A stretch of 64,000 nucleotides of DNA from an uncultured Gammaproteobacteria bacterium (GCA_964474445.1 CAYYSJ010000004.1:64185-128184); one strand, 5' to 3'; shown: positions 1 through 9,134, numbered from the stretch's first letter. Numbers and translations: made by a program. Notes: generated from the letters alone by a model not told the origin.

Positions 1-88
1 ATCTAGTTAGTAAAATTATAAAAACTAAAACTTCTATTTTCTTCCCTCAAGATTTATCATCTATTATCTTTTATCTATCGTCAAGCCT

Positions 89-745
89 CTATGCTCCCAA
101 CGGATTTGTCGCTGGTTCCACTTGTGTTCCATCACTTGTGGCTTGTGCTACTGGTGTTTGAACCGTTTGAGCTGGCTGTACTAGTGTTTGACCAGTTGCA
201 ACTTCTGTCACAGGTTGGTTAACTTGTGGGACAACTGCTTCTGTTGTTTGTGCTTGGATTACTGTTGAAGAAGTAGGCTGTGGAGGTAATGGTTGTTGTA
301 CTTGGAGTGGTGACATGACAGGCTGTGCTTGTTGTACTGATTGTGTGACAACTGGTTGTTGTAAAGGAACTCCTGCTTCGGGAGTGGTAGAGGGAGATGT
401 GGGTTGTGCAGCGCTTACTTGTTGAGTAGGAGCTTGTACTGGCAGAGGTGATGGTCCTGGGGTAGAGGGAGATGGTTGTGGGGTATTGAATTGGGTTCCA
501 AGAAGGAGTGGCTCCATAGTCTTTTTTACGATAAGGCCAGAGAGCTGGACGAATTGATCGATAAGTGCTTGAGTGACTTCCTGCGGAGATCCAACGACCT
601 CAGTGACCGTTCCATCATTCAATACAGTAAGTCCTTTGACGTTGCGTGCTTTAGAAAGCGTGATGTCCGGACCTAAAATAACTATCTGTTTTTTTATGAC
701 ATCAGTGAGCAATTGTTTGTACTCTTGGGCAGATTGTGGTTGCAT
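89..745 (-). CDS. hypothetical protein; ~85-aa N-terminal domain followed by a long P/Q/T/S-rich low-complexity tail
   Basis: 218-aa ORF immediately downstream of the response regulator on the same strand (41-nt gap). No motif I recognise. Confidence 0.5.
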   Translation of the reverse strand: MQPQSAQEYKQLLTDVIKKQIVILGPDITLSKARNVKGLTVLNDGTVTEVVGSPQEVTQALIDQFVQLSGLIVKKTMEPLLLGTQFNTPQPSPSTPGPSPLPVQAPTQQVSAAQPTSPSTTPEAGVPLQQPVVTQSVQQAQPVMSPLQVQQPLPPQPTSSTVIQAQTTEAVVPQVNQPVTEVATGQTLVQPAQTVQTPVAQATSDGTQVEPATNPLGA

Positions 746-786
746 AATTCAGGCTATATTCAGAGAACCAGTACTCTCTTTGAAAT

Positions 787-1263
787 TTAGTTGGTTACTG
801 TCTCTTCTGTTGATTGTTTTGCTATGGGTGCAGGAGGGGCAACATTTTGTGTGGTATGTACAACTGCTTGAGATTCTGCGAGAAGTCCGCTCGCTTTATC
901 ACGTAAATCCTGTGGCGCTATCTGATATTTTAAGATATAGTCTGATGCACCCAATTTCATAGCGTTTTGCACGAGAGTGTCTTGATTAAAGTTGGACAAT
1001 ATTGCAACCGGAATATGTTTTGTATCTGGATCTGCTTTGAGAAGCTGTAATGCTTGGTTACCATTCATGTCAGGAAGTACTTGATCAAGGAAAATAACAT
1101 CAGGGTGTGTCATTTTTGCTTGATTCATCCCATCATTACCAGTTAAAGCTGTTATTACCACAATATTAGGATCCTGCTGGAGGGCTTGCTTAAAAACCTC
1201 TAAGATTGCTTCCTCATCATCGACAAGAAGAACTTTCATATATTTAGCTACTAAATAAATCAT
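787..1263 (-). CDS. CheY-like single-domain response regulator (receiver domain only)
   Basis: MKVLLVDDEE...DVIFLD...LP-DMNG...K fold with the conserved acidic pocket, phospho-Asp and Lys context. True start is probably the internal Met at 1239 (MKVLLV). Confidence 0.8.
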   Translation of the reverse strand: MIYLVAKYMKVLLVDDEEAILEVFKQALQQDPNIVVITALTGNDGMNQAKMTHPDVIFLDQVLPDMNGNQALQLLKADPDTKHIPVAILSNFNQDTLVQNAMKLGASDYILKYQIAPQDLRDKASGLLAESQAVVHTTQNVAPPAPIAKQSTEETVTN

Positions 1264-1315
1264 GACAGGAATAGTTACAGTGTGTCAAGTGGTTAGAGAA
1301 TTGCTTCAGATTCTT

Positions 1316-1657
1316 CTATGAAGGATTTTCTCTTGATCTTTGTTGAGCTGCTAGAATTCCATTCATAATTCGCCGTTCTTCATCTCTATTTCTTCTTATT
1401 ACCGACTCTTCATTATCTGTATGAGTATCAAAAACAAGGACCTGCTCGCGATCTCCATAATAGCCACTGTAAAACCGAGCGTCTCCTGGTACATCCCTTG
1501 TGCAATCTCCGTCCATTCCCACTATAAATACTCTTCTTTCTCCCACATAGGGAGCACCAGGTAATGGCCCAGGAAATCTTTGTTCATCTCTTACATGATT
1601 GATATATCGTGGCACTCCACAATAATCACCAATTTTTACTCTTCGTTCAATGGGCAT
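1316..1657 (-). CDS. hypothetical small protein; paralog of 31011..31361
   Basis: 113-aa ORF. Shares an RV(K/R)..DY...P..I.H...FPGP..P...RR block and a (V/I)(F/Y).T.H C-terminal motif with the 31011..31361 product. Confidence 0.5.
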   Translation of the reverse strand: MPIERRVKIGDYCGVPRYINHVRDEQRFPGPLPGAPYVGERRVFIVGMDGDCTRDVPGDARFYSGYYGDREQVLVFDTHTDNEESVIRRNRDEERRIMNGILAAQQRSRENPS

Positions 1658-1754
1658 TAGATTGGTTTCTGCAAATTATGGTATTCAAATATTATGATTT
1701 CTCAAGCTCGTGACAATTTGCTTGACAAAAACTAGACAATTACTATTTTGCCTC

Positions 1755-1783
1755 TTGACAAACATACAAGCTCATAGTATAAA
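1755..1783 (+). promoter_or_regulatory. sigma70-like promoter: TTGACA (1755-1760), 17-nt spacer, TATAAA (1778-1783)
   Basis: Read directly from the sequence. Predicted TSS near 1790, which would give a ~235-nt leader before the ATG at 2027. Confidence 0.5.
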
Positions 1784-1789
1784 TGTTGT

Positions 1790-2026
1790 TACAAACGACA
1801 TTGATGAGGAGCCCATTTGAATGGATCGAGCCTCGGAGTCGGTTCTCGAAGAAATCCTAAGCTGGTTGATGGAAAGTAGAGAACAAAAGAGCTGACACTT
1901 TCTGTCAAGGCATTTACAGAAAGTTTTTTAGTCAAAGGGACTAGTCAGGAAGAAGCGTGGCACCACGGTAAAGTCCGTCGCTTCAGGGCCTCAGTAAGGA
2001 GGCCTCTGAAGGGGCGGATTTTTTTT
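1790..2026 (+). promoter_or_regulatory. candidate T-box riboswitch leader (tRNA-sensing antiterminator/terminator) upstream of the MBL-hydrolase/argS operon
   Basis: Antiterminator helix A1 GAAGCG (1952-1957) pairs with CGCTTC (1979-1984). The 7-nt bulge TGGCACC (1958-1964) carries UGGN+ACC. Helix A2 is ACGG/CCGT with loop TAAAGT. The A1 3' strand overlaps a long terminator stem (CTTCAGGGCCTC-AGTAAG-GAGGCCtCTGAAG, 1981-2011) followed by T8 (2019-2026). An upstream weaker hairpin plus T6 lies at 1898-1929. Confidence 0.5.
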
Positions 2027-2638
2027 ATGGGAAAAATCTGCCATAATGCAGGTATGAATACAATTGACATCTTAATCGAAGGCTACGCGAAAATGACAGA
2101 TAGTGGCTGGGAAGCTAGTGGAACAACAACTCTTATTACCACTGACTCTGGTCTAAAAATTATTGCTGACCCAGGGGCAAATAGGGACTTGTTGTTTGAG
2201 CGCTTAAAAGAACGGGGGCTAGGTTTAGAAGATATTGATTATGTTTTTCTTACGCACCATCATTTAGACCATGCAATGACTGTTGGACTTTTCCCACAGG
2301 CGAAAGTAGTTGATCAGGAAGCAATTTATGTGCAGGATAAAGCGCAGGAAGGTCCCAAAATGATCCCTGATACTGATATTACTATATTGCCAACTCCAGG
2401 CCATGAAGTTGGACATGGGATACTTGTTGTACCAACTGCCCAAGGGACAGTTGTGGTGGCAGGAGATAACTTCTGGTGGACAGCAGAGGAGGAGCAAAAG
2501 CTTGATATTAACAAGCAAGATGATTTTGCCGAAGATATGGAAATCTTGAAGGCAAGTCGAAAGCAAGTCCTAGATTTGGCAGATTGGGTGGTTCCAGGGC
2601 ATGGGAAAATATTTGAGAATAAACGAATAGACCGATAA
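2027..2638 (+). CDS. MBL-fold metallo-hydrolase
   Basis: HHHLDH metal-binding motif (LTHHHLDHAM), a distal His (PGHE) and a terminal HGK. Start may instead be the Met at 2054. Only 6 nt separate it from argS, so they are probably co-transcribed. Confidence 0.8.
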   Translation: MGKICHNAGMNTIDILIEGYAKMTDSGWEASGTTTLITTDSGLKIIADPGANRDLLFERLKERGLGLEDIDYVFLTHHHLDHAMTVGLFPQAKVVDQEAIYVQDKAQEGPKMIPDTDITILPTPGHEVGHGILVVPTAQGTVVVAGDNFWWTAEEEQKLDINKQDDFAEDMEILKASRKQVLDLADWVVPGHGKIFENKRIDR

Positions 2639-2644
2639 GAAAAT

Positions 2645-4375
2645 ATGTTGAAAGAAGAATTAACACAAGCAATACAGCAAGTAGTGAAGCAATTAACAGA
2701 AAAGGAGATAATTTTTACTCTTTCTATTCCGAAAGAAAATAAAAATGGAGACTGGACTTCGAATATTGCTTTCCAACTTAGCAAAGATTTAGGCACATCA
2801 CCATTAGAAGCAGCCAATAAAGTTGTAAGTCTCTTGGAAGAAACCGGAAAATTTTCGGGAATTGTAAAAGCAGAGGCTGTTGCTCCTGGCTTTATTAATT
2901 TTTACCTTACAAACACCGAATTAAGCAGATGCATGTCTATTCTGCTAAATGATCCAGAAAAGGTTGGTAGGACGACTAAAATGAAAAATAAAAAGATGAT
3001 GGTTGAATTTGCTCATCCAAATACGCATAAAGAATTGCATATTGGCCACATGCGTACTCTCACAACAGGAGAATCCCTTGCAAGACTTTTCCAGGCAAAT
3101 GGTGCAGAAGTGTTTCGTGCGAATTATCAAGGAGATATTGGTCCTCATGTGGCAAAGGCAATTCATGGTATAGAAAACATGATGGCAGAGCAACAGCTTT
3201 CCCTTGAGGATATAGAGAAGTGGAGTTTTGTTGAAAAAGCTCATTTCTTGGGACAAGGGTATGCGAGGGGAAGTAAAGACTATGAAGAAGGGGCAAAAGA
3301 GGAGATAGACGCACTTAATGTTGCTTTATACAAAAGGGATCCGAAATATCAGGATATCTATCAACGCACCAGAAAGTGGAGTTTGGACTATTATGATGAA
3401 TTTTACACAAGGTTTTATACGAAGTTCGATAAGTTGTTTTTTGAAGGTGACTTAGATGAAGAAGCTGTGAAGATAGTTGCAGACAACATCGGAAAAGTCT
3501 TCCGCAAAGATCCAGATGGGTCAGTCGTTTTTTCTGGAGAGCCGTATGGACTTCATACACGAGTCTTTATTACACAAAAAGGAACCCCTACTTATGAAGG
3601 AAAAGAAGTAGCATTGGGCTTTGCTGAATACAATGCATTTCCATTTGATTTAAAAATCCATGTTGTGGCAAGCGAGCAAACAGGGTACTTCAAGGTAGTT
3701 TTCAAGGCAATGGAGATGATTGATTCTAAGAAGTTTGAAGGTCACGAATACCACCTTCCAATGGGTATGGTGCAACTTGTGGGAAGGAAAATGAGCTCCC
3801 GAACAGGTGATGTTTTAACTGTTGACGAGCTTTTGAATAAGGTCAAAGAAGCTGCTTCTCAACAATTTAGGGAGGATAAGTTAAGCGAAGAAGAAAGAGA
3901 AACCGTGCTTGAGCAAGTCACTATTGGGGCAGTAAAATATTCTATTCTGAAAGGAGGAGTTACCCAGAATGCACTTTTTGATATTGAAAAGTCTGTTAGC
4001 TTGCAGGGTAACTCTGGGCCTTACGTGCAATATACTTATACAAGAACACAAAGTGTGTTAGGAAAAGCAGATAGCCTGGAAACTCAAGCGGCTGATAATT
4101 ACAGCCCAGAAAAGGAAGAGATAGAGATTTTAAGAAAACTCTACCATTTTCCAGAGGTGGTTGAGGAAGCAGCTATAACCTACAGTCCCAATGTAGTGAC
4201 AGAGTATTTGTTTGAATTGTCCCAGTTATTTAACAACTTCTACCAGAGATATCGCATTTTGAATGCTCCAACTGATACAGAAAAAAGTTTTAGATTAGGC
4301 TTGACACAAGCAACAGGCATGGTCATCAGACAAGGTCTCAACCTTCTTGGTATCCAAGCTCCTGCAAAGATGTAA
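2645..4375 (+). CDS. argS: arginine--tRNA ligase
   Basis: Class I HIGH motif (HIGHMRT), KMSKS-like KMSSR, DALR anticodon-binding C-terminus ending in M. Length 576 aa. Confidence 0.95.
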   Translation: MLKEELTQAIQQVVKQLTEKEIIFTLSIPKENKNGDWTSNIAFQLSKDLGTSPLEAANKVVSLLEETGKFSGIVKAEAVAPGFINFYLTNTELSRCMSILLNDPEKVGRTTKMKNKKMMVEFAHPNTHKELHIGHMRTLTTGESLARLFQANGAEVFRANYQGDIGPHVAKAIHGIENMMAEQQLSLEDIEKWSFVEKAHFLGQGYARGSKDYEEGAKEEIDALNVALYKRDPKYQDIYQRTRKWSLDYYDEFYTRFYTKFDKLFFEGDLDEEAVKIVADNIGKVFRKDPDGSVVFSGEPYGLHTRVFITQKGTPTYEGKEVALGFAEYNAFPFDLKIHVVASEQTGYFKVVFKAMEMIDSKKFEGHEYHLPMGMVQLVGRKMSSRTGDVLTVDELLNKVKEAASQQFREDKLSEEERETVLEQVTIGAVKYSILKGGVTQNALFDIEKSVSLQGNSGPYVQYTYTRTQSVLGKADSLETQAADNYSPEKEEIEILRKLYHFPEVVEEAAITYSPNVVTEYLFELSQLFNNFYQRYRILNAPTDTEKSFRLGLTQATGMVIRQGLNLLGIQAPAKM

Positions 4376-4440
4376 CTTCCCTCGTAATCAAACTTAAAAC
4401 TTATAGTAAAAACAATCTTGAGAGAAGCTCAGGAGCTCTT

Positions 4441-5775
4441 TTGAGCAAGGACTTTCTCCATCTTGAATCTTTGACAGAACCTGATATACTAAGTAATACT
4501 TTTATGCAGTATAAGCGTACAGTTTTACCAAACGGCCTCAGAATGATTACCGTCCCTATGCCTTCATTTGAAACAGCAACTGTGCTTGTCATGGTTGGGG
4601 CAGGAAGTAGATATGAGACTAAGCTTAACAATGGTATTTCTCATTTTTTAGAGCACATGGCGTTTAAAGGAACACAGAAAAGACCGAATGCCATGGCTAT
4701 TTCATCCTTAATTGATGGGATTGGGGGAGAATTCAATGCGTTTACCTCAAAAGAATACACAGGCTATTACATCAAAGCGCAAAGCAATCACATCGAGCTT
4801 TCTTTAGATTTACTTTCTGATATGCTTAACAACTCAGTTTTTGATGAAAAGGAAATAGAAAAAGAAAAGGGCGTGATTATTGAGGAAATTAATATGTATG
4901 AGGACACTCCTATGCGAAACCTTGGGGACGTCTATGAAAGAGTATTGTACGATGACACGCCTATGGGTTGGGATACTGCAGGAACAAAAGACGTTATTTC
5001 CAAAGTAACTCGAAATGATTTTGTTGAGTATATGAAATCTCTCTATAGTGCTGACAATATGACTGTTATTGTAGCTGGGGGGCTTGATAGTACCAAAGTT
5101 GAAGATATGGTGAAAAAATATTTTGGTGGTATGCCACAATTCCCAATATTGAAGGCATTACCTGTTACTGAAGATCAGAACGAGCCAAATTCTTATGTAA
5201 AAGAAAAAACAACAGAACAAGTTCATTTAGCAATTGGAGTGAGAACTGTTCCATTAGGACATCCTGATGAAGATGCATTGGAAGTATTAGCCAATATTTT
5301 GGGTGGAGGGATGAGTAGTCGCCTTTTCAGTGAAGTAAGAGAAAAAAGAGGCTTAGCATATTATGTACGCATGTCTTCTGATAACTACACTGATTGTGGG
5401 ACACTAGTTGCAACAGCTGGTGTTGATCCAAAACGAGCTCAAGATGCCGTAAGAGTGATTTTAGAAGAGCTTGGAAGAATTAAAGAACCTGGGAATGTTA
5501 CAGAAGAAGAACTGAAGCGTGCAAAAGAGTATATTAATGGTCATTTTGTGATGGATTTAGAAGATTCACGCTCAGTGGCTATCTATTTTGCTCATCAGGA
5601 AATTTTAGAAAATAGAATTTATACACCAGTTGAAAATATTGAAAAGATCAATAAGGTAAGTCTTGCTGATATTGAGCGAGTTGCACAGAAATATCTCGCA
5701 GAAAAGACTCTAAATTTCGCTGTGATTGGAAAATTTGATACCCAAAATGTAGAAAATCTCCTAAAATTAGCGTAA
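4441..5775 (+). CDS. M16 family (pitrilysin/insulinase-like) zinc peptidase
   Basis: Inverted zinc motif HFLEHMAFKGT (HxxEH). The LPNGLR N-terminal signature suggests the real start is the Met at 4504. Confidence 0.85.
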   Translation: MSKDFLHLESLTEPDILSNTFMQYKRTVLPNGLRMITVPMPSFETATVLVMVGAGSRYETKLNNGISHFLEHMAFKGTQKRPNAMAISSLIDGIGGEFNAFTSKEYTGYYIKAQSNHIELSLDLLSDMLNNSVFDEKEIEKEKGVIIEEINMYEDTPMRNLGDVYERVLYDDTPMGWDTAGTKDVISKVTRNDFVEYMKSLYSADNMTVIVAGGLDSTKVEDMVKKYFGGMPQFPILKALPVTEDQNEPNSYVKEKTTEQVHLAIGVRTVPLGHPDEDALEVLANILGGGMSSRLFSEVREKRGLAYYVRMSSDNYTDCGTLVATAGVDPKRAQDAVRVILEELGRIKEPGNVTEEELKRAKEYINGHFVMDLEDSRSVAIYFAHQEILENRIYTPVENIEKINKVSLADIERVAQKYLAEKTLNFAVIGKFDTQNVENLLKLA

Positions 5776-5869
5776 CTCCATAGTCATCTTTAGAAATCCT
5801 ATTGCAAAGACTATCTATTGAAGATACAATGGAGTAGTTATAAGCTAGTAGTCTTTAATAACTAAACAT

Positions 5870-6334
5870 ATGGAACAAACAGTTGTTTTGGTAAAACCGG
5901 ATGGTGTGCAGCGGGGACTTATTGGTGAAATCATCCACAGATTTGAACGAAAAGGACTTCACTTAGTTGCTCTCAAAATGGTGAATCTCTCGACAGAACT
6001 TCTTGAAGAGTGGTATGCACACCATAAAGATAAGCCTTTTTTCCCAGCACTTAAAGGATATATGCAGTCTTATCCGGTCGTTGCAATGGTATGGGAAGGA
6101 ATGGATGTTGCAGTAACAGTTCGTACTATGATTGGTATCACTAAGGCTCGTGATGCAGCTCCTGGTACAATTCGAGGTGACTTTGGCATGTCTCAACAAT
6201 ACAATTTAATTCATGCATCTGAATCAGCCGAAGCAGCACGAAAAGAAGTGGCTTTACTTTTCAATGAGAGTGATATTTTCCCCTGGCACAAGTTAGATAA
6301 ATCTCAAATCTACTCCGAAGAAGAATTAGCATAG
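5870..6334 (+). CDS. ndk: nucleoside diphosphate kinase
   Basis: VKPDGVQRGL N-terminus, NLIHASES active-site His region, ~150 aa. Confidence 0.95.
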   Translation: MEQTVVLVKPDGVQRGLIGEIIHRFERKGLHLVALKMVNLSTELLEEWYAHHKDKPFFPALKGYMQSYPVVAMVWEGMDVAVTVRTMIGITKARDAAPGTIRGDFGMSQQYNLIHASESAEAARKEVALLFNESDIFPWHKLDKSQIYSEEELA

Positions 6335-6345
6335 TTCTCCAAGAT

Positions 6346-6374
6346 TTGACAGAAACCTATTTTGATCCTATAAT
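6346..6374 (+). promoter_or_regulatory. perfect-consensus sigma70 promoter TTGACA-17-TATAAT, 8 nt upstream of the ATG (leaderless-type)
   Basis: TTGACA at 6346-6351, 17-nt spacer, TATAAT at 6369-6374, ATG at 6383. Confidence 0.55.
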
Positions 6375-6382
6375 ATCTCTAT

Positions 6383-7057
6383 ATGGTAATGAGATATGAG
6401 CTTTTGAGAGGTAGACCTCAATTTGCAACTCCTGACACGAGATATTGGGCTATGCCTGCAGATGAAAGATTAAGGGCGGTAATGAACCAAGTTCGAATAG
6501 ATATCCCACCCCACTTTAAGTTAGGAGACAGTGGTAAATTAAAAGGGAGAATAAAAGATTGGTTAGAATGGCCAGAAGCTTATAAGTTAGGAGAAGAAGA
6601 AACTAAGAGAAGACAACAACGCATTGCAGAAGAAGTTAGTGCTCTTTTGCCGCGAACTGACAGATTGGCATGGTTAGATCTGGAGAGTGATTACCCAAGT
6701 CTCACCATTGATGGCAATGTCCCTGCTAATATGCGAAAAGCTGATTTTATCTTATCATTCTTTGATGCTGGAAATCCTGGACTTTTAGCAAAGCTTACGT
6801 CACGCGATTTTGATGCATTTATGAATTGGGCTGCATCAGATAGACTTCCATATTGTTTAACTTCAGAGAATGAAATGGAAAGAGCTTATACTAATAAAAT
6901 TCCCTTGGGCCAAACAACTCACCAGTCAGCTGCTCGAGAAGAAGTTTACGACTATCTTCGTGAAGTTGGCTCGAGAACAGGTATAAGGAGAAGAACAGCA
7001 CGTTTTAATATGAAACAGTTAGAAAAACGATTATACCAAAAATATCCTCGGGGCTAA
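6383..7057 (+). CDS. hypothetical protein (224 aa, Arg-rich, no TM)
   Basis: Long clean ORF directly behind a consensus promoter. No motif recognised. Confidence 0.6.
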   Translation: MVMRYELLRGRPQFATPDTRYWAMPADERLRAVMNQVRIDIPPHFKLGDSGKLKGRIKDWLEWPEAYKLGEEETKRRQQRIAEEVSALLPRTDRLAWLDLESDYPSLTIDGNVPANMRKADFILSFFDAGNPGLLAKLTSRDFDAFMNWAASDRLPYCLTSENEMERAYTNKIPLGQTTHQSAAREEVYDYLREVGSRTGIRRRTARFNMKQLEKRLYQKYPRG

Positions 7058-7443
7058 CCAAATCCGACAAAGAACTCTGATAATTCACATTCTAGTCCTT
7101 CTCTAATCATGAATTTCCCTCAACCCAATTTAGTACAGCAGATTTAGTATGATCGTCTCCGGGCTCTACTAAGTTTATTTTTCTTCGAGCATTGTCACTT
7201 GCAACAATCCTACCATAAGCTGCCTGACTTTCGCTTTCTCTTTGCTTTTTGCGGTTTCTGTTGTTCTTCCTGGAATTGGTGCACATTCTAGTCCTCTTAC
7301 AAGTCTCATCTGTCGACCAAGAAGGCATGGGTCAAGGTATTAGGGATATGAATGAGAGCAATAGTCCTTTGCCCTCCGTAGCAGAGAGCATGGTGCAGAA
7401 GAGATTGCAGGAGTTTTCAAAGATAGGCGAATAGATCCTATGG

Positions 7444-7674
7444 CTATGCACTTTGGGGATGATTTGGTGTAGGAAAAGAGAGAATTGTTCCTCTTTGTGT
7501 CTGAAGAGGTTTTTGCTTTTGTCTTTCTGCTATTTGAAGAATATTGGCTGCAACTTTCGCAGCGGCTGCTTCCCGAAGAGTGGAGTTATTAACTGCCATT
7601 CTCTGTTCACGAGTTGGAAAATCAGAACCAATCGCCTCAAGATCTATATCTCCAAAAATTCGTTCTATTACCAT
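7444..7674 (-). CDS. hypothetical small protein (76 aa)
   Basis: ORF only. Ala-rich helical segment. Function unknown. Confidence 0.3.
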   Translation of the reverse strand: MVIERIFGDIDLEAIGSDFPTREQRMAVNNSTLREAAAAKVAANILQIAERQKQKPLQTQRGTILSFPTPNHPQSA

Positions 7675-7747
7675 AGAGGGGTATTATACCGGTGAGGTAT
7701 ATTATTGTCAAAGTGATATATAATGTTTTGCTATAAGGGGTCATTTT

Positions 7748-8260
7748 TTACTCTTTTTTGAGGCTGTTGTACATCCACCAAGCAGTATCAAACATCAGAA
7801 AGTCGATAAGCTCTGAGAGAAGACAGTATTGACAGAAAGCATGTAGGACAAAAACTTGGAGGTATACAAGAAAAAGTCCGACTGCCAATCCCGAAAGACA
7901 GAGGACAAAAAGAAGAGTTGACAGCAATTGCGCTTGTGGGGACCTTCTTAACTTTTCTTCTTTATGTTCAGGATTGCCCGAAAAATAAGATGTAATAAAG
8001 AGCGCTGTTAGTCCAATAACAGCAAGATAGAATGCTGCACCATACAATGATAAAGGGAAGGGTCCCACACTTGAGTATTGACTGGTAAGTACTACTTCGC
8101 ATCCTCCTATTGTGCATGGAGGAATAAGATTTTTGTAGTGAACAATCGTAAGATATACTGCATCTAAAAAACCAAGAAATGTGAGACCTAAGAGAAGATA
8201 AGGGAGATATTGAGTTGGAAGGGGAGAACGGAAAAATTTTTTTAAAGAATACCCTTGCAT
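7748..8260 (-). CDS. vitamin K epoxide reductase (VKOR) family membrane protein
   Basis: Multi-TM protein with a loop CxxxC (CTIGGC) and a CQYC (CxxC) in the last TM region. Adjacent to a DsbA-like thioredoxin. Confidence 0.8.
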   Translation of the reverse strand: MQGYSLKKFFRSPLPTQYLPYLLLGLTFLGFLDAVYLTIVHYKNLIPPCTIGGCEVVLTSQYSSVGPFPLSLYGAAFYLAVIGLTALFITSYFSGNPEHKEEKLRRSPQAQLLSTLLFVLCLSGLAVGLFLVYLQVFVLHAFCQYCLLSELIDFLMFDTAWWMYNSLKKE

Positions 8261-8304
8261 AAATCAGTAACTAGCGATTATGTGATAGATAGAGCAAAAT
8301 CAAT

Positions 8305-9045
8305 CTATTGCCTCATCTGTTTATCTATCAAATCTTTAAATGGTTGGTAGCCTTGAGGATTTTCAATAAATTTGCCATTAATGAAGAATGATGGTGTTCC
8401 TTGGAGGCCCATATTCAGTGCTGTTTGGTATGCGTTCTCAACAAATTTTGACGCAGCATTAGAAGTATAGTCTTTTCTGAATTGGTCAACATTTAGCCCC
8501 AAGGTTTTTGCGTAGTCAGTAAAAGTATCTGTAGGGTCAGAAAGTCCCGCCCACGCATCCTGGTTTTGGAAAAGCGTATCATGCATTTCCCAGAATTTAC
8601 CTTGAAGCGCGGCTGCATATGCTGCACGAGCAGAGGACTCAGCGTTCTTATGAACATTCTCAAGAGGGAAAAACCTGTAAACAAAATGGAGTCTATCACC
8701 ATAGTCTTTTTGTAGTTGCTTTACAACTGGATAGTATGCTTTACAGGCAGGGCACTGAAAGTCTGCATATTCAACAAGAGTGACATTTCCGGAAGGAGAA
8801 CCTGTCTGGAAATCAGATGTTGTAACCTTTGGCATAGTAATGGATGGGGTTGGAGAAGAGGAAGGCTGTGTTGAAGCTGCATAAATTCCCCATACACCAA
8901 TCACTAAGAAAAGGGCAATACCTGCCCAGAGTGCAATTTTCTTGAAAAGTGAATTTCTTTTTTCTTTATCTAACTGTTTTTCCCATTCTGTACGTTCTTC
9001 TTTACGAAGTTGTTTTTTCTCTTCTTTTGTTAATTTGGGCTCCAT
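8305..9045 (-). CDS. DsbA-family thiol:disulfide oxidoreductase (thioredoxin fold), membrane-anchored
   Basis: N-terminal charged region plus TM. CxxC active site FQCPACKAY. Confidence 0.8.
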   Translation of the reverse strand: MEPKLTKEEKKQLRKEERTEWEKQLDKEKRNSLFKKIALWAGIALFLVIGVWGIYAASTQPSSSPTPSITMPKVTTSDFQTGSPSGNVTLVEYADFQCPACKAYYPVVKQLQKDYGDRLHFVYRFFPLENVHKNAESSARAAYAAALQGKFWEMHDTLFQNQDAWAGLSDPTDTFTDYAKTLGLNVDQFRKDYTSNAASKFVENAYQTALNMGLQGTPSFFINGKFIENPQGYQPFKDLIDKQMRQ

Positions 9046-9099
9046 GTCTTTATGTTCTCAAAATGAAAGAGAAAATACAAGGGAGAGTAGAATTTCTTT

Positions 9100-9128
9100 T
9101 TGCATGATTGGTAAAAATTGGGTAATAT
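9100..9128 (+). promoter_or_regulatory. sigma70-like promoter TTGCAT-17-TAATAT, 6 nt before the ATG at 9135
   Basis: Read from sequence. Would give a leaderless or near-leaderless transcript. Confidence 0.45.
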
Positions 9129-9134
9129 AAGTAT

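Noticed and set aside
476-962. Plus-strand ORFs 476..676 and 573..962
   Set aside because: They lie antisense to the 89..745 gene and the response regulator gene and have no motifs. Treated as shadow ORFs.
1898-1929. Weak hairpin CTTTCTG...CAGAAAG + T6 as an independent terminator or small RNA end
   Set aside because: The stem is only 7 bp and AT-rich, and it lies inside the leader. More likely it is a structural stem of the T-box leader than a separate transcript end. Left as part of the 1790..2026 feature.
7107-7328. 73-aa basic ORF (RKNNRNRKKQRE...)
   Set aside because: Low-complexity basic composition in a region of overlapping small ORFs on both strands. Coding status unclear.
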